From an uncultured Chloroflexia bacterium (lineage in GTDB: Bacteria; Chloroflexota; Anaerolineae; B4-G1; SLSP01), in contig CAVVUS010000047.1 of the NCBI GenBank assembly GCA_963751345.1, forward strand, positions 32,001 to 96,000: 64,000 nt of DNA. Direction: 5' to 3'. Shown here piece by piece: positions 29,242 through 39,444 of the stretch. Within the stretch, counting starts at the first letter, position 1; every line of letters starts with the position of its first letter. The position numbers and the translations under genes are program-made. Under the pieces are notes generated by a model. The model was not told the origin of the DNA and searched no databases. It was given only the letters and a program-made list of their open reading frames with translations.

Positions 29242-30545
29242 CGGAGTTCCCGCCTGAGGGTTTCGTGCCGGTGCCGTCGGCTGTGCCCGGCATCGTGCTC
29301 TATGCACCCGCCCCGGAGCAGAAGCAGGAGGATGCGGCGGTCGTCGACTTCAAGTGCCCCCGCTGTCAGGCCACCACCGCGTACAGCGTCGCCGATGGCG
29401 GGCTGCGGTGCGCGCACTGCGGCTACTACGAGCCGCCCGAGACCCCGATTGTGGGGAAGGGCGCCAAAGAGTTTGAGTTCACGGTCGAGACCGTGTCGGC
29501 GGCGCGTGCCGCACAGGGGTGGGGCACCGCTCGCAAGGCGCTCAAGTGCCAAAGCTGCGGCGCCGAGACCTCACTGCCGCCCGGCACCCTCACCCACACG
29601 TGTCCGTTCTGCGGCTCGAACCAGGTGCTGCAGCAGGACGCTCCGCAAGACCAACTGCGCCCGCACTTCCTGATCCCGTTCAAAGTCGAGCTCGACCGGT
29701 GTCGTGAGATCTCGCGCGAATGGCTCGGGAGCAGTTGGATGACGCCCAAGGTGCTCAAGGAGGCCGCGGGCGTCGCCGACTTCAGCGGCGTCTATATGCC
29801 CTACTGGACGTTCGATGCGCGCACCTCGGGCACGTGGCGGGCGCAGGTAGGACATCAGGTGTCGGAGCGCTACTATGACGCCAGCAGCAAGTCGTGGAAG
29901 ACGCGGACCAAGACCGTGTGGCGCTGGGAGTCGGGCCGCGCGCAGCAAGTCTTCGACGATCTGCTGGTCCCCGGATCGACGAGACTTAGCTCGCTGCTGC
30001 TGGAGCGCCTGCAGGACTACGATACGCGCGCGCTGGTGCCCTACGCTGCATCGTACCTGGCCGGCTTCCTCGCACAGGCTTACGATGTCTCGCTCGACCC
30101 CGCGTGGGAGCTGGCGCGGGAGCGGATGCGCCAGGCGACGCAACAGGCCTGTCGCGCGCAGGCGAGCACCTCGCAGATCCGCAGCTTCTCGATGTCCCTC
30201 GACTTCAGTGACGAGAGCTGGCGCTACGTCCTGGTGCCCCTCTACGTTGCCGCGTACCGCTACGAGGGCGCGGCCTACCGCGTCATGATCAACGGGCAGA
30301 CGGGCGCAATTGCGGGACAGCGCCCCGTGGACTGGACCAAGGTGTGGCTGGCCATTGCCGCTATGGTCGCGCCCGGGATCCTGCTAGGGCTATTCGGCGT
30401 GCTGGCCTCTGCGCTGGGTGCTTTGCTCCCGCCGTCCTTAGTGGTGGGTGGTGGGGTGCTTGTGGTGGCGGTGATCCTTGTGTTGATCGGCGGTATCTTC
30501 GCAGTGATCACGTTCAACAAGGCGAGGGCGATGGACGATGTCTGA
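29238..30545 (+). CDS. Double Zn-ribbon protein with C-terminal membrane helices
   Basis: CPRC/CAHC and CQSC/CPFC; LIPF, YMPYWTFD, INGQTGAIAGQRP; two TM helices. Confidence 0.8.
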   Translation: MTEFPPEGFVPVPSAVPGIVLYAPAPEQKQEDAAVVDFKCPRCQATTAYSVADGGLRCAHCGYYEPPETPIVGKGAKEFEFTVETVSAARAAQGWGTARKALKCQSCGAETSLPPGTLTHTCPFCGSNQVLQQDAPQDQLRPHFLIPFKVELDRCREISREWLGSSWMTPKVLKEAAGVADFSGVYMPYWTFDARTSGTWRAQVGHQVSERYYDASSKSWKTRTKTVWRWESGRAQQVFDDLLVPGSTRLSSLLLERLQDYDTRALVPYAASYLAGFLAQAYDVSLDPAWELARERMRQATQQACRAQASTSQIRSFSMSLDFSDESWRYVLVPLYVAAYRYEGAAYRVMINGQTGAIAGQRPVDWTKVWLAIAAMVAPGILLGLFGVLASALGALLPPSLVVGGGVLVVAVILVLIGGIFAVITFNKARAMDDV

Positions 30546-31671
30546 GATCCAAGGTCGACGGACGGACGGGGATGGGAGCGGGCCCGGCGGACGGCGTGAG
30601 TCGGGCCATAGCGGAGGGGTCGTGATCTGTCAGGCCTGCGACTGGCGCTACCTTGTGCCCGAGGGGGCTGCGCCGACCATCTGTCCACACTGCGCGAGTT
30701 CCGACCTCGTCCGGCTCGAGGCCAGTGACGCCGGATCCACCTTTCAGTACCAACCCGAGTTGGTCGTGCCGTATGCCGTAAGCGATGCCGGCCTGGCGGA
30801 GCAGATCACCCGTTTTGCCGAGGGGATCCCCTTTCCGCCCCCGGATCTGGATCCAGCGACCCTCCAGCAGCGTCTCCAGCGGCTCTATCTTCCGATGTGG
30901 CTCGTGGATAGCGATGTTGCGGCACGCTGGAGCGCGGAGGTGGGGTTTGACTACGAGGTCGTCAGCCATCAGGAGCGTTACGCCGACGGTGCCGGCTGGC
31001 GGACGAACGAGGTCGAGGAGAACAGAATTCGCTGGGAGCCAAGGGTGGGGACCCTTCAGCGCCGATATGAAAACCGCGCTGCGCCCGCTCAGGAGGCGCA
31101 CCGCGCGTTACAGCACGTTCTCGGCACCTACCGGCTGAGCGACGCCGTGGCCTTTGCTCCCGGCATGCTCGATGCCGCCCTGATGTGTCTCCCCGACCGG
31201 ACCCCGGAGACCGCGTGGCCCGATGCCGAGCTTGGGCTGCGTCAGTCTGCGGCGCAGGAATGCCAGGAGGCTGCCCAGGCCGACCACATCCGTGACTTTC
31301 GCTGGACGCCGGCCTATGGAGAGAAGCACTGGACCCTGCTGCTCCTACCGGTTCTGGCGACTGCCTACCTGGATGATGACGGGCACCTGCAGCGGCTGCT
31401 GGCCAACGGCCAGACGGGCCAGGTCTATGGTGCCAGGCGGGGCTCGTTGGCGCGTGCGAGTCACCGGTCGCTGATCATCGGTGCGGTGGCGCTGGTCATT
31501 TTCGTCGTGGGGCTGGTTGCAGCGCTAATCTCGCTGCTTTTCCCACCGGCGCTGGCCATCGGGATTGCCATCGCACTGCTGGCCGTTCCGGTCGGCGTTG
31601 CGGCAACGGTCCCCGTTGTCCGTGTGTGGAGCTTCAATCGCAGAGAGGCGCGCCGGCCGCCGGAGGTATGA
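30538..31671 (+). CDS. Paralogous Zn-ribbon membrane protein
   Basis: CQAC/CPHC; YLPMWLVD, ANGQTGQVYG; C-terminal TM helices; overlaps the previous gene. Confidence 0.8.
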   Translation: MSEIQGRRTDGDGSGPGGRRESGHSGGVVICQACDWRYLVPEGAAPTICPHCASSDLVRLEASDAGSTFQYQPELVVPYAVSDAGLAEQITRFAEGIPFPPPDLDPATLQQRLQRLYLPMWLVDSDVAARWSAEVGFDYEVVSHQERYADGAGWRTNEVEENRIRWEPRVGTLQRRYENRAAPAQEAHRALQHVLGTYRLSDAVAFAPGMLDAALMCLPDRTPETAWPDAELGLRQSAAQECQEAAQADHIRDFRWTPAYGEKHWTLLLLPVLATAYLDDDGHLQRLLANGQTGQVYGARRGSLARASHRSLIIGAVALVIFVVGLVAALISLLFPPALAIGIAIALLAVPVGVAATVPVVRVWSFNRREARRPPEV

Positions 31672-31687
31672 AGTGAGAATACTCATT

Positions 31688-32362
31688 ATGTCTTCGGCCG
31701 GGCTGACGCTGGCCCTGGCGATGCTCTTTGCCGTTGTGGACTGGATCGCCGTCGCGCGTGGAAGCCGGCGGCTCGAATACGTCTTCAAGCCGGCCACGTT
31801 GGTGGTCATGATCGCAGGTGCGGCGCAGTTCGCTTTGCTGGTGGGTGGCGGGCGGGTGGCGGTGTGGTTCCTGCCCGCGTTGGCCTTCTCTCTGCTGGGC
31901 GACATCCTGCTGATGCTGCCCGGCGAAAAGTGGTTCCCGTTTGGCCTGGGCGCGTTTCTCCTGGCTCACGTCTGCTACATCACCGGGCTGAACCCCACGC
32001 TGCCGCCCGCGAGATCTCTCTGGCTCCTGATCGTGATCGTCATCCTGGACCTCTTGGTGCTGCCCCGCGTGGTACGCGGTGTGCGCGATCGGGGGGCCGG
32101 CAAGCTGCAGGTGCCGGTGGTCGTATATGGGGTAGTGCTCAGCCTCGTCCTTTTTTCGGGCTGGGCGACCTGGATGCGGCCCTCGTGGTCTGTGGCGGGT
32201 CGGGTGCTCGTGAGCGCCGGTACTACGCTTTTCTTTGCCTCTGACCTGATGCTGGCCTGGAATCGGTTCGTGCACGCGTCGAAGCTGCTCCATGTAGCGG
32301 TGATCGTGACGTATCACCTGGCCCAGCTCGCGCTGGTGATCACGATCGGGTTGCATGCCTGA
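31688..32362 (+). CDS. Lysoplasmalogenase/YhhN family membrane protein
   Basis: FKPA, FSLLGDILL, FLLAHVCY, FFASD, TYHLAQ. Confidence 0.9.
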   Translation: MSSAGLTLALAMLFAVVDWIAVARGSRRLEYVFKPATLVVMIAGAAQFALLVGGGRVAVWFLPALAFSLLGDILLMLPGEKWFPFGLGAFLLAHVCYITGLNPTLPPARSLWLLIVIVILDLLVLPRVVRGVRDRGAGKLQVPVVVYGVVLSLVLFSGWATWMRPSWSVAGRVLVSAGTTLFFASDLMLAWNRFVHASKLLHVAVIVTYHLAQLALVITIGLHA

Positions 32363-32477
32363 CCGCCTGCAGCTCGAACTCAGCACGAGTTTTGCGAGTG
32401 TCTCGGAACATTTGCTTGCCTGACAGCGTCTGTTAGATAAGCAGCAGTAGACAGCCGGATCAGGAGGAGAGTCAGGC

Positions 32478-35216
32478 ATGGACGATGGGACGTACGATCG
32501 CGGGCAGCGCCTGTCAGGGGCACAGCGCCGGCTGGTATTCGGCGTGGCAATTGCGGTCGCGGTTGTCATCTTGTTGGGAGGGTTCTTCCTCGTCCGGCTC
32601 GCATTACGCGTCGCCGGCTACGGGATTTCGGCGTCGCCAACGCCGACTGCCTTCGTCACGCCTGAGGCGGGGCCTGTGTTGGCCCTGGAGCCCACCGTGG
32701 CGGGGCCCGGCGCTGAGATTGCGGTACTTGGTGCAGGGTGGCTGCCGGGAGACGCCGTCACGCTGCGTCTGGTTCCGCCGAACCCGGACGATGGGGTGCC
32801 CGTCGACGTCTTGACGATACCTGTGAGGGAGGATGGCACCTTCGTGACCTCCTTCACCGTTCCGGTGATCCCACCTTGGTCGGGTTATCCGAGCATTCGG
32901 GTGCAGGCCTTCGGCCCTGCAACCCAGGCCACGGTCAACGCTGTGCTGGAACTGACCCAGCCTACACCCGCCCCGACCGCGACACCGACCCCAACTCCGA
33001 CTCCCGTGACGCCCACCCCCAGCCCCACACCGACCTTCACGCCTGTCGTCCCGACGCCGGTGACCCCGGTGGCCTCGCCTACGCCCGTGATCACGGCGTG
33101 GCGCGGAGAGTATTACAACAATCCCTCGCTCGCGGGTAGTCCTGCCGTCGTGCGGAACGACGCCATCCTGAGCTTCGACTGGGGTAACAATCCACCGGCT
33201 TCGGGAATCCTTGCGGACGGTTTCTCCGTGCGGTGGACGCGCACCGTCAATCTGCCCGCGGGTACCTACGACTTCTACGCGACCGCTGATGACGGCGTCC
33301 GCGTCTGGCTGGACGGCGAGCTGATCATTGACCAGTGGCATGGCGCTCAGGCCGTGACCTACACGGCGGAGCGGACCCTTGGGGCAGGCGGTCACCAGTT
33401 CGTCGTCGCCTACTACGAGATCTGGGGCGAGGCGAGCATCCAGTTCTGGTGGGAGCGCCAGGGCGACTTCCCACAGTGGCGGGGTGAATACTACGCCAAC
33501 GCCGACCTTAGCGGCTCTCCTGCTCTGACCCGCAACGACGTCGCCGTGAACTTCGATTGGGGCACGGGGGCACCTGCCGCCGGGCTGCCGATCGACAGGT
33601 TCTCCGTGCGCTGGACCCGCACGCTGGTCTTTGCGGCGGGCACCTACCGCTTCCGGGTCCTGGTGGACGATGGCGCGCGCGTCTTCGTCGACGGGACGCA
33701 GGTCATCGACGCCTGGGCCAACGGCTCGGCGCGCGAGGTGACCGGCGACATCTCCCTGGCCCAGGGGTACCATACCGTCCGTGTCGATTACTTCGAGGCC
33801 AGCGGCGACGCCGTGATGGAGCTGAGTTGGGAGCAGCGCAATGCCTATCCCGACTGGAAGGGCCAGTACTGGAACAACCGATCACTTCAGGGTCTGCCGC
33901 TCGTCGTTCGGAACGACACCAACCTCGACTTTGACTGGGGCACCGGCTCCCCGGATCCTCAGATCCCGGCGGACGGCTTTTCCGCTCGTTGGACGCGGGC
34001 GCTTGACTTTGCCACGGGAACCTATCGCTTCCACGTCGTCGTGGACGATGGCGCCCGGCTGTGGATCGACGACCGGCTGGTGATCGACGCGTGGCAGGAC
34101 GGCGCGGCGCGCGAGCTGACCGGGGATATTCCCCTGGCCGCCGGGACCCATACGCTGCGGCTGGAGTACTACGAGAACGTGGGGCAGGCACGCATCCGCC
34201 TCTACTGGGAATCGGTGACGCCAAGCTTCCCTGACTGGAAGGGCGAATACTGGTCGAATCCGTCGCTGACGGGAACGCCAACCCTCGTGCGCAATGATCC
34301 CAAGATCGACTTTGACTGGGGAAGCGGCTCTCCCGACATCGGCTTGCCCAGCGACAACTTCTCGGCACGATGGAGCCGAACGGTGACGCTGGATGCCGGC
34401 GTCTACGAGTTCTCGGCGATTGCCGATGACGGCATTCGTATCTTCGTGGACGACAAGCCCGTGCTGAACGAGTGGCACGCCGGCTCCACCGACCACGTCT
34501 ACCGGCAGGAGGTCTCGATTGCGGCAGGCCAGCACCTGATCGTGGTGGAGTACTACGAGGGTGGAGGGGACGCATCGGTGGTGGTGAGTTACCGGCGGCT
34601 GGGTGGTCTGCCGACGGCCACGGTCACGCCCTCGCCTACGGTGCCTCCGACCACTACCGCGACGCCCACCGTCACGCCGACGCCCACACCGACCCCTACG
34701 CCAACGCAGACTCCCACGCCGACACCTACGTCGACGCCAACCTCAACCCCAACGCCCACGGAGACACCGCAGCCGACCCTCGAGCCCGACCTGGTGACGA
34801 TTCGCATCAATGAGGTGATGCCGGAGCCCGCCAAGATCGACTGGAACGGGGACGGTGTCGTAGATGAGGGCGACGCCTGGGTCGAGATCTACAATCCGAC
34901 CGATGAGGCAGTCGACCTGAGCCTGTGGGTGCTGGACGATGACGGCTCAGGCCAGATCGCCTACACCATCCCCAACGAGACGACGGTGGATCCTGATGGG
35001 TATCTGGTGCTCTTCAGCTCCGAGACGGGGCTTGCCCTGACGAAGGGCCATCTGAAGCTAATGAGGGGCAGCGTCGTCTTTGATGACGTCAAGCTGAAGC
35101 GGCTGATGCCCGACACGAGCCTGAGCCGCGATAGCGATGGGCAATGGGAGGCCGGATGGCCTCCCACGCTAGCGGAGGCGAATCAGCGACCGGCTTTCCG
35201 GTCGTGGGCGCGGTGA
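32478..35216 (+). CDS. Membrane-anchored surface protein: Ig-like domain, 4 PA14 domains, Pro/Thr linkers, lamin-tail-like domain
   Basis: Four repeats of W(R/K)G(E/Q)Y..N..L.G.P...FDWG...FS.RW...DDG.R; C-terminal IRINEVM...WVEIYNP. Confidence 0.88.
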   Translation: MDDGTYDRGQRLSGAQRRLVFGVAIAVAVVILLGGFFLVRLALRVAGYGISASPTPTAFVTPEAGPVLALEPTVAGPGAEIAVLGAGWLPGDAVTLRLVPPNPDDGVPVDVLTIPVREDGTFVTSFTVPVIPPWSGYPSIRVQAFGPATQATVNAVLELTQPTPAPTATPTPTPTPVTPTPSPTPTFTPVVPTPVTPVASPTPVITAWRGEYYNNPSLAGSPAVVRNDAILSFDWGNNPPASGILADGFSVRWTRTVNLPAGTYDFYATADDGVRVWLDGELIIDQWHGAQAVTYTAERTLGAGGHQFVVAYYEIWGEASIQFWWERQGDFPQWRGEYYANADLSGSPALTRNDVAVNFDWGTGAPAAGLPIDRFSVRWTRTLVFAAGTYRFRVLVDDGARVFVDGTQVIDAWANGSAREVTGDISLAQGYHTVRVDYFEASGDAVMELSWEQRNAYPDWKGQYWNNRSLQGLPLVVRNDTNLDFDWGTGSPDPQIPADGFSARWTRALDFATGTYRFHVVVDDGARLWIDDRLVIDAWQDGAARELTGDIPLAAGTHTLRLEYYENVGQARIRLYWESVTPSFPDWKGEYWSNPSLTGTPTLVRNDPKIDFDWGSGSPDIGLPSDNFSARWSRTVTLDAGVYEFSAIADDGIRIFVDDKPVLNEWHAGSTDHVYRQEVSIAAGQHLIVVEYYEGGGDASVVVSYRRLGGLPTATVTPSPTVPPTTTATPTVTPTPTPTPTPTQTPTPTPTSTPTSTPTPTETPQPTLEPDLVTIRINEVMPEPAKIDWNGDGVVDEGDAWVEIYNPTDEAVDLSLWVLDDDGSGQIAYTIPNETTVDPDGYLVLFSSETGLALTKGHLKLMRGSVVFDDVKLKRLMPDTSLSRDSDGQWEAGWPPTLAEANQRPAFRSWAR

Positions 35217-35552
35217 GTGAGACGCAGTGTCGTTGTCCGGGACGGCAGGGCGCTGCATCCGCGGGTGAGGGGCAGTGGGGAAGACGACCCGCCGGGTCGT
35301 CTCTACGGCAGAGCTGAGCGCTGTCGTCGTCTTCGGGGCCAGGAGGTTACCGCGTCCGCAGGTGAGGCGCAGCGCGGAAGACGACCCGCCGGGTCGTCTC
35401 TACGGCAGATCTGAGCGCTGTTGTCGGCTTCCGGGTCGGCAGGGCACCGCCGTCCGCAGGTGAGGCGAGCGCGAAGACGACCCGCCGGGTCGTCTCTACG
35501 GCAGATGTGAGCGCTGTCGGCGTCTTCCGGGTTAGCAGGCTACCGCGTCCGC
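35215..35552. repeat. Tandem array of ~97-bp units each carrying a GTAG-type REP palindrome
   Basis: AGACGACCCGCCGGGTCGTCT+CTAC at 35282, 35379 and 35475; the intervening sequences are homologous to each other. Confidence 0.9.
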
Positions 35553-38465
35553 CGGGACCAGCGCCGGACGGACCTCCTGGGCATCGCCATCAAGGCTCTC
35601 CGCCGCCTCTGCCAGCACGGGGCGCAGATACTGGCCCGTGTAGCTTCCCTCACACGTCGCGACGACCTCAGGCGAGCCCTGGGCAATGATGTAGCCCCCG
35701 GCCTCGCCGCCCTCCGGCCCAAGGTCGATGATCCAGTCGGCCGTCTTCACGACGTCGAGGTTGTGCTCGACGACGATCACGGTGTTGCCCGCGTCGGTCA
35801 GCCGGTGCAGGACGTCGAGCAGCTTCTGGATGTCGGCGAAGTGCAGTCCGGTCGTCGGCTCGTCGAGAATGTAGAGCGTGCGGCCCGTTGCGACCCGGCT
35901 CAGCTCCTTCGCCAGCTTGACGCGCTGGGCCTCGCCGCCGCTGAGGGTCGTGGCGCTTTGGCCCAGCTTCACGTAGTCGAGCCCGACGTCGTGAAGTGTT
36001 TGCAGTTTGCGCATCAGTTTGGGGTGGGCCTCGAAGAAGACCATCGCCTCCTGAACGTCCATATCGAGCACGTCGGCGATGGACTTGTCCTTGTAGCGGA
36101 TCTGCAGCGTCTCGCGGTTATACCGCGTGCCGCCGCACTCCTTGCACGTCACCCAGACGTCGGGCAGAAAGTGCATCTGCACGCGCTTCTGCCCGTGGCC
36201 CTTGCACGACTCGCAGCGCCCACCCTTGACGTTGAAGCTGAAACGCCCGGCACCGTAGCCGCGCATCTTCGCCTCCGGCGTGGATGCGAAGACGATGCGG
36301 ATCTCGTTGAAGAGCCCGATGTACGTCGCGGGATTCGATCGCGGCGTCCGGCCGATCGGGTCCTGGGTGATCATAATCACCTTGTCCAGGTGCTCCAGGC
36401 CATCGATGCCCTCCAACGGGCCCGGCCTGGTATCCGCCCGGTTCAGATCGCGCGCCAGCGCGGGATGGAGTGTCTCCGCCACCAGGCTGCTCTTGCCGCT
36501 GCCGCTCACGCCCGTCACGCACGTCATCACGCCCAGCGGGAAGCGGACGTCGATGTGCTTCAGGTTGTGCAGGCTCGCGCCCCGCAGCACGAGGCTTCCG
36601 TTCTGGGGCAGCCTGCGGACTTCGGTGGGGTTTACGACGCTGAGCTCGCCGCTCAGGTAGCGCCCGGTGAGCGAGGCCGGATTGGCGCGGATCGCGTCGG
36701 GCGTGCCCTCTGCGACAATCTCACCGCCCAAGATGCCTGCGCCCGGCCCCAGGTCGACGATCCAGTCGGCCGTCTCCATCGTCTCGGCGTCGTGCTCGAC
36801 CACCAATACGGTGTTGCCCATGTCGCGCAGCTCCAGCAGCGTCTCCAGCAGCGCCCGGTTATCGCGGGCGTGGAGCCCGATCGAGGGCTCGTCGAGGATG
36901 TACAGTACACCTACCAGGCCGCACCCGATCTGGCTTGCCAGGCGGATACGCTGCGACTCACCGCCCGACAGCGATGGGGCCGAACGGTCGAGGGTCAGGT
37001 AGTGCAGCCCCACGTTGAGCATGAACTGCAGCCGGTCGCGGATCTCCTTGAGGATCTCCTCGGCGATCTGCTGTTGTTCGGCGTCAAGCGTGGCGTAGAG
37101 GTGGGTGACCCAATCGTGGGCGTCATCGATGGTCATCGCGCCTAGTTCCACCAGCGTTCGGCCGCCCACCGTCACGCCCTGCGCCTCGGGGCGCAATCGG
37201 GCCCCGCCGCAGACCGAGCACGGCTGTTCGCTCATGAAGCTCTGATACCAGCGGCGCGTATAATCCGATCGGGTTTGGTTGAAGAGCCGGTTGATGTGAT
37301 AGATGATGCCCTGGACCGGTCGATAGCTCTTGCCGGACCACGAGCTGTCCTTGCCCTCCGCGTGGTATTCGAAGTGAACCCGTTCGTCACCGGATCCGCG
37401 GATGATGACGTCCCGGAAGTGCTGGGGCAGCTCGCTCCAGGGCTGATCGAGGTCGACGCCGTAGTGCCCGGCGATGGACGTCAGTTGGCTGATCTGCCAC
37501 GTCCGCTTCTTCTTGCGCAGATCGCCGTACCACCGCAGCGCGCCATCCAACACCGAGAGGGTGGGGTCCTGGACAATCAGCGATGGGTCGACTTCCAGCT
37601 TGGTGCCCAGCCCGTTGCACTCCGGGCACATCCCGATCGGTGAGTTGAAGCTGAAGAGCTGGGGGGTCAGCTCCGGGAAGCTGATCCCGCAGTGCGCGCA
37701 GGCGTGGTGCTCGCTGAAGAGCAGCTCACCGTTCCCCGCGATCTCGATCAGCAGACTGCCCTCTCCCACCTTGAGCGCCGTTTCCACCGAATCCATCAGC
37801 CGCGTCGCGAAGTCCTCATCGGCTTGCTCGGGTACCACCAGCCGGTCCACGACGACTTCGATCGTGTGCTGCTTGGTCTTGGCCAGCTTGATGCTGCTGT
37901 CCAGCTCCACGGGCACGCCATCGACACGCGCGCGGAGGTAGCCGTCGCGGCGAAGCTGGGCCAGCAGGTTACGATGGGTGCCCTTACGCTGTTTGACCAG
38001 CGGGGCGAGGATCTGAAAGCGCATGCCGGGGTCGAGCTGCTCGATCTGGCCCGCAATCTGCTGCGCGCTCTGCGCCTGGACCAGGCGCCCGCAGGTCGGA
38101 CAGTGCATCTCGCCAATGCGCGCAAAGAGGATCCGCAGGTAGTCCATCACCTCGGTCACGGTCCCCACCGTCGACCTGGGATTCTTGCTCACGGCTTTCT
38201 GCTCGATGGCAATCGCCGGGCTCAGGCCACCGATGTAGTCGACCTTGGGCTTCTCCGTCTGCCGCAGGAACTGGCGGATGAACGATGAGAGGCTCTCGAC
38301 GTACCGCCGCTGGCCCTCGGCATAGATAGTATCGAAGGCCAGCGATGACTTTCCGCTGCCACTGACGCCCGTCAGAACGACGAGCTTGTTGCGTGGGATG
38401 GCGACATCGATGTGCTTCAGGTTGTGCTGTTGCGCGCCGCGAATCGTGATCTGCTGAGGTTCCAT
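35532..38465 (-). CDS. uvrA: Excinuclease ABC subunit A
   Basis: Two GVSGSGKSS Walker A motifs, LSGGE signatures, Zn fingers, [10 protein letters not shown]. Confidence 0.97.
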   Translation of the reverse strand: MEPQQITIRGAQQHNLKHIDVAIPRNKLVVLTGVSGSGKSSLAFDTIYAEGQRRYVESLSSFIRQFLRQTEKPKVDYIGGLSPAIAIEQKAVSKNPRSTVGTVTEVMDYLRILFARIGEMHCPTCGRLVQAQSAQQIAGQIEQLDPGMRFQILAPLVKQRKGTHRNLLAQLRRDGYLRARVDGVPVELDSSIKLAKTKQHTIEVVVDRLVVPEQADEDFATRLMDSVETALKVGEGSLLIEIAGNGELLFSEHHACAHCGISFPELTPQLFSFNSPIGMCPECNGLGTKLEVDPSLIVQDPTLSVLDGALRWYGDLRKKKRTWQISQLTSIAGHYGVDLDQPWSELPQHFRDVIIRGSGDERVHFEYHAEGKDSSWSGKSYRPVQGIIYHINRLFNQTRSDYTRRWYQSFMSEQPCSVCGGARLRPEAQGVTVGGRTLVELGAMTIDDAHDWVTHLYATLDAEQQQIAEEILKEIRDRLQFMLNVGLHYLTLDRSAPSLSGGESQRIRLASQIGCGLVGVLYILDEPSIGLHARDNRALLETLLELRDMGNTVLVVEHDAETMETADWIVDLGPGAGILGGEIVAEGTPDAIRANPASLTGRYLSGELSVVNPTEVRRLPQNGSLVLRGASLHNLKHIDVRFPLGVMTCVTGVSGSGKSSLVAETLHPALARDLNRADTRPGPLEGIDGLEHLDKVIMITQDPIGRTPRSNPATYIGLFNEIRIVFASTPEAKMRGYGAGRFSFNVKGGRCESCKGHGQKRVQMHFLPDVWVTCKECGGTRYNRETLQIRYKDKSIADVLDMDVQEAMVFFEAHPKLMRKLQTLHDVGLDYVKLGQSATTLSGGEAQRVKLAKELSRVATGRTLYILDEPTTGLHFADIQKLLDVLHRLTDAGNTVIVVEHNLDVVKTADWIIDLGPEGGEAGGYIIAQGSPEVVATCEGSYTGQYLRPVLAEAAESLDGDAQEVRPALVPADAVAC

Positions 38466-38487
38466 ACCTTGTCCTTGGTCACAGGAT

Positions 38488-38501
38488 CGAACAAACATTC
38501 T
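38488..38501 (-). promoter_or_regulatory. LexA (SOS) box upstream of uvrA
   Basis: CGAAC-aaac-ATTCT, one mismatch to GAAC-N4-GTTC, about 23 nt upstream of the ATG. Confidence 0.7.
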
Positions 38502-38541
38502 AACTATGGTAAGACAAGAATATGTCAGATCGTGACAGGTA

Positions 38542-38587
38542 ACCTTCCGGGTTGCGCGCCGCCGACGGCGTGAGCAGCCCGGAAGGT
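38542..38587. repeat. REP-like palindrome family A
   Basis: ACCTTCCGGGTTGCGCGCCGCCGACGGCGTGAGCAGCCCGGAAGGT. Confidence 0.85.
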
Positions 38588-38592
38588 CGGAT

Positions 38593-39444
38593 TCACAGTC
38601 GCGCGATGATCTCGCTCCGGCGGAAGGTGCGCACGGCGAACCAGAGGATCACCGCATCCACAACCCATAGCACCAGCCCCACCAGGAAGACGAAGATCGG
38701 GCTCAGGTAGACCACGCCACCGATCTGCCCCAGAATGAGCAGCACGACCGGGATCACGACCATCGACCCGAACTGGTATGCATCCTGGAACGTGCTCACC
38801 TTCGTCGACACCAAGATCATCGTCCCCAGCCCCAGAGCGGCGGCTGCGGGCGATAGCCAGACGATCAGCACGATCCACATGGCGTTGGGGATGAAGATCT
38901 GGTGCATCGTCGACCACGCAGATAGGTTCGCCACGGCTGCGTACAGCACGGCCCCAACGAGGCTGACGAGTATCGCCGGTACCAACGCGCTGAGCATCTT
39001 GCCCAACACGAGCTCAGCATCGGTGGCCGGCGTGTAGAGGAGCGCTTCCAGCGTCCGTCGTTCCTTCTCCCCTGCGAAGCTGCCCGCCGCAATGGTGCTG
39101 GCCGTCATCATCGGGAGGATCAGGAAGAGCGGGGCGAACATGTAGACGAGCACGAAGACGACCATCGTCTGGCTCTCGTTGTAGCCTGCGAACTGCTGCG
39201 CCATCGGACGGGGCATCATCTCGAAGAAGCGCTGGAGATCCTGCAGGTCACTGGCATTGTTCGCCTTCGGGATCAGGATGCCGACGGCCGCCGGCATGAG
39301 CACGAGAAGGATGAGCGGAACGAGGATGATGGGCAGCATGATACTGCGGCTGCGGGTGACCAGCATCAAGTCGCGCTTGGCAATCGTTCTCACGGTGCGC
39401 CAATCCAGCTTCGATGTCGGGCGTACGCCCGGTTCCGTATTCAT
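38593..39444 (-). CDS. ABC-2 type exporter permease
   Basis: SFAGEKERRTLEALLYTP...LGK motif; multi-TM. Confidence 0.9.
   Translation of the reverse strand: MNTEPGVRPTSKLDWRTVRTIAKRDLMLVTRSRSIMLPIILVPLILLVLMPAAVGILIPKANNASDLQDLQRFFEMMPRPMAQQFAGYNESQTMVVFVLVYMFAPLFLILPMMTASTIAAGSFAGEKERRTLEALLYTPATDAELVLGKMLSALVPAILVSLVGAVLYAAVANLSAWSTMHQIFIPNAMWIVLIVWLSPAAAALGLGTMILVSTKVSTFQDAYQFGSMVVIPVVLLILGQIGGVVYLSPIFVFLVGLVLWVVDAVILWFAVRTFRRSEIIARL

Noticed and set aside
29238-31671. PriA/helicase label often given to such Zn-ribbon proteins
   Set aside because: No Walker A/B or helicase motifs; the proteins are membrane-anchored.
34610-34780. ACGCC-rich repeats (also 32960-33090) as a DNA repeat element
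   Set aside because: They encode Pro/Thr linkers of the PA14 protein with varied codons.
35280-35499. Three identical palindromic repeats as a mini CRISPR array
   Set aside because: The ~70-bp 'spacers' are homologous to each other, the repeat has a GTAG-REP structure, and there are no cas genes in the window.
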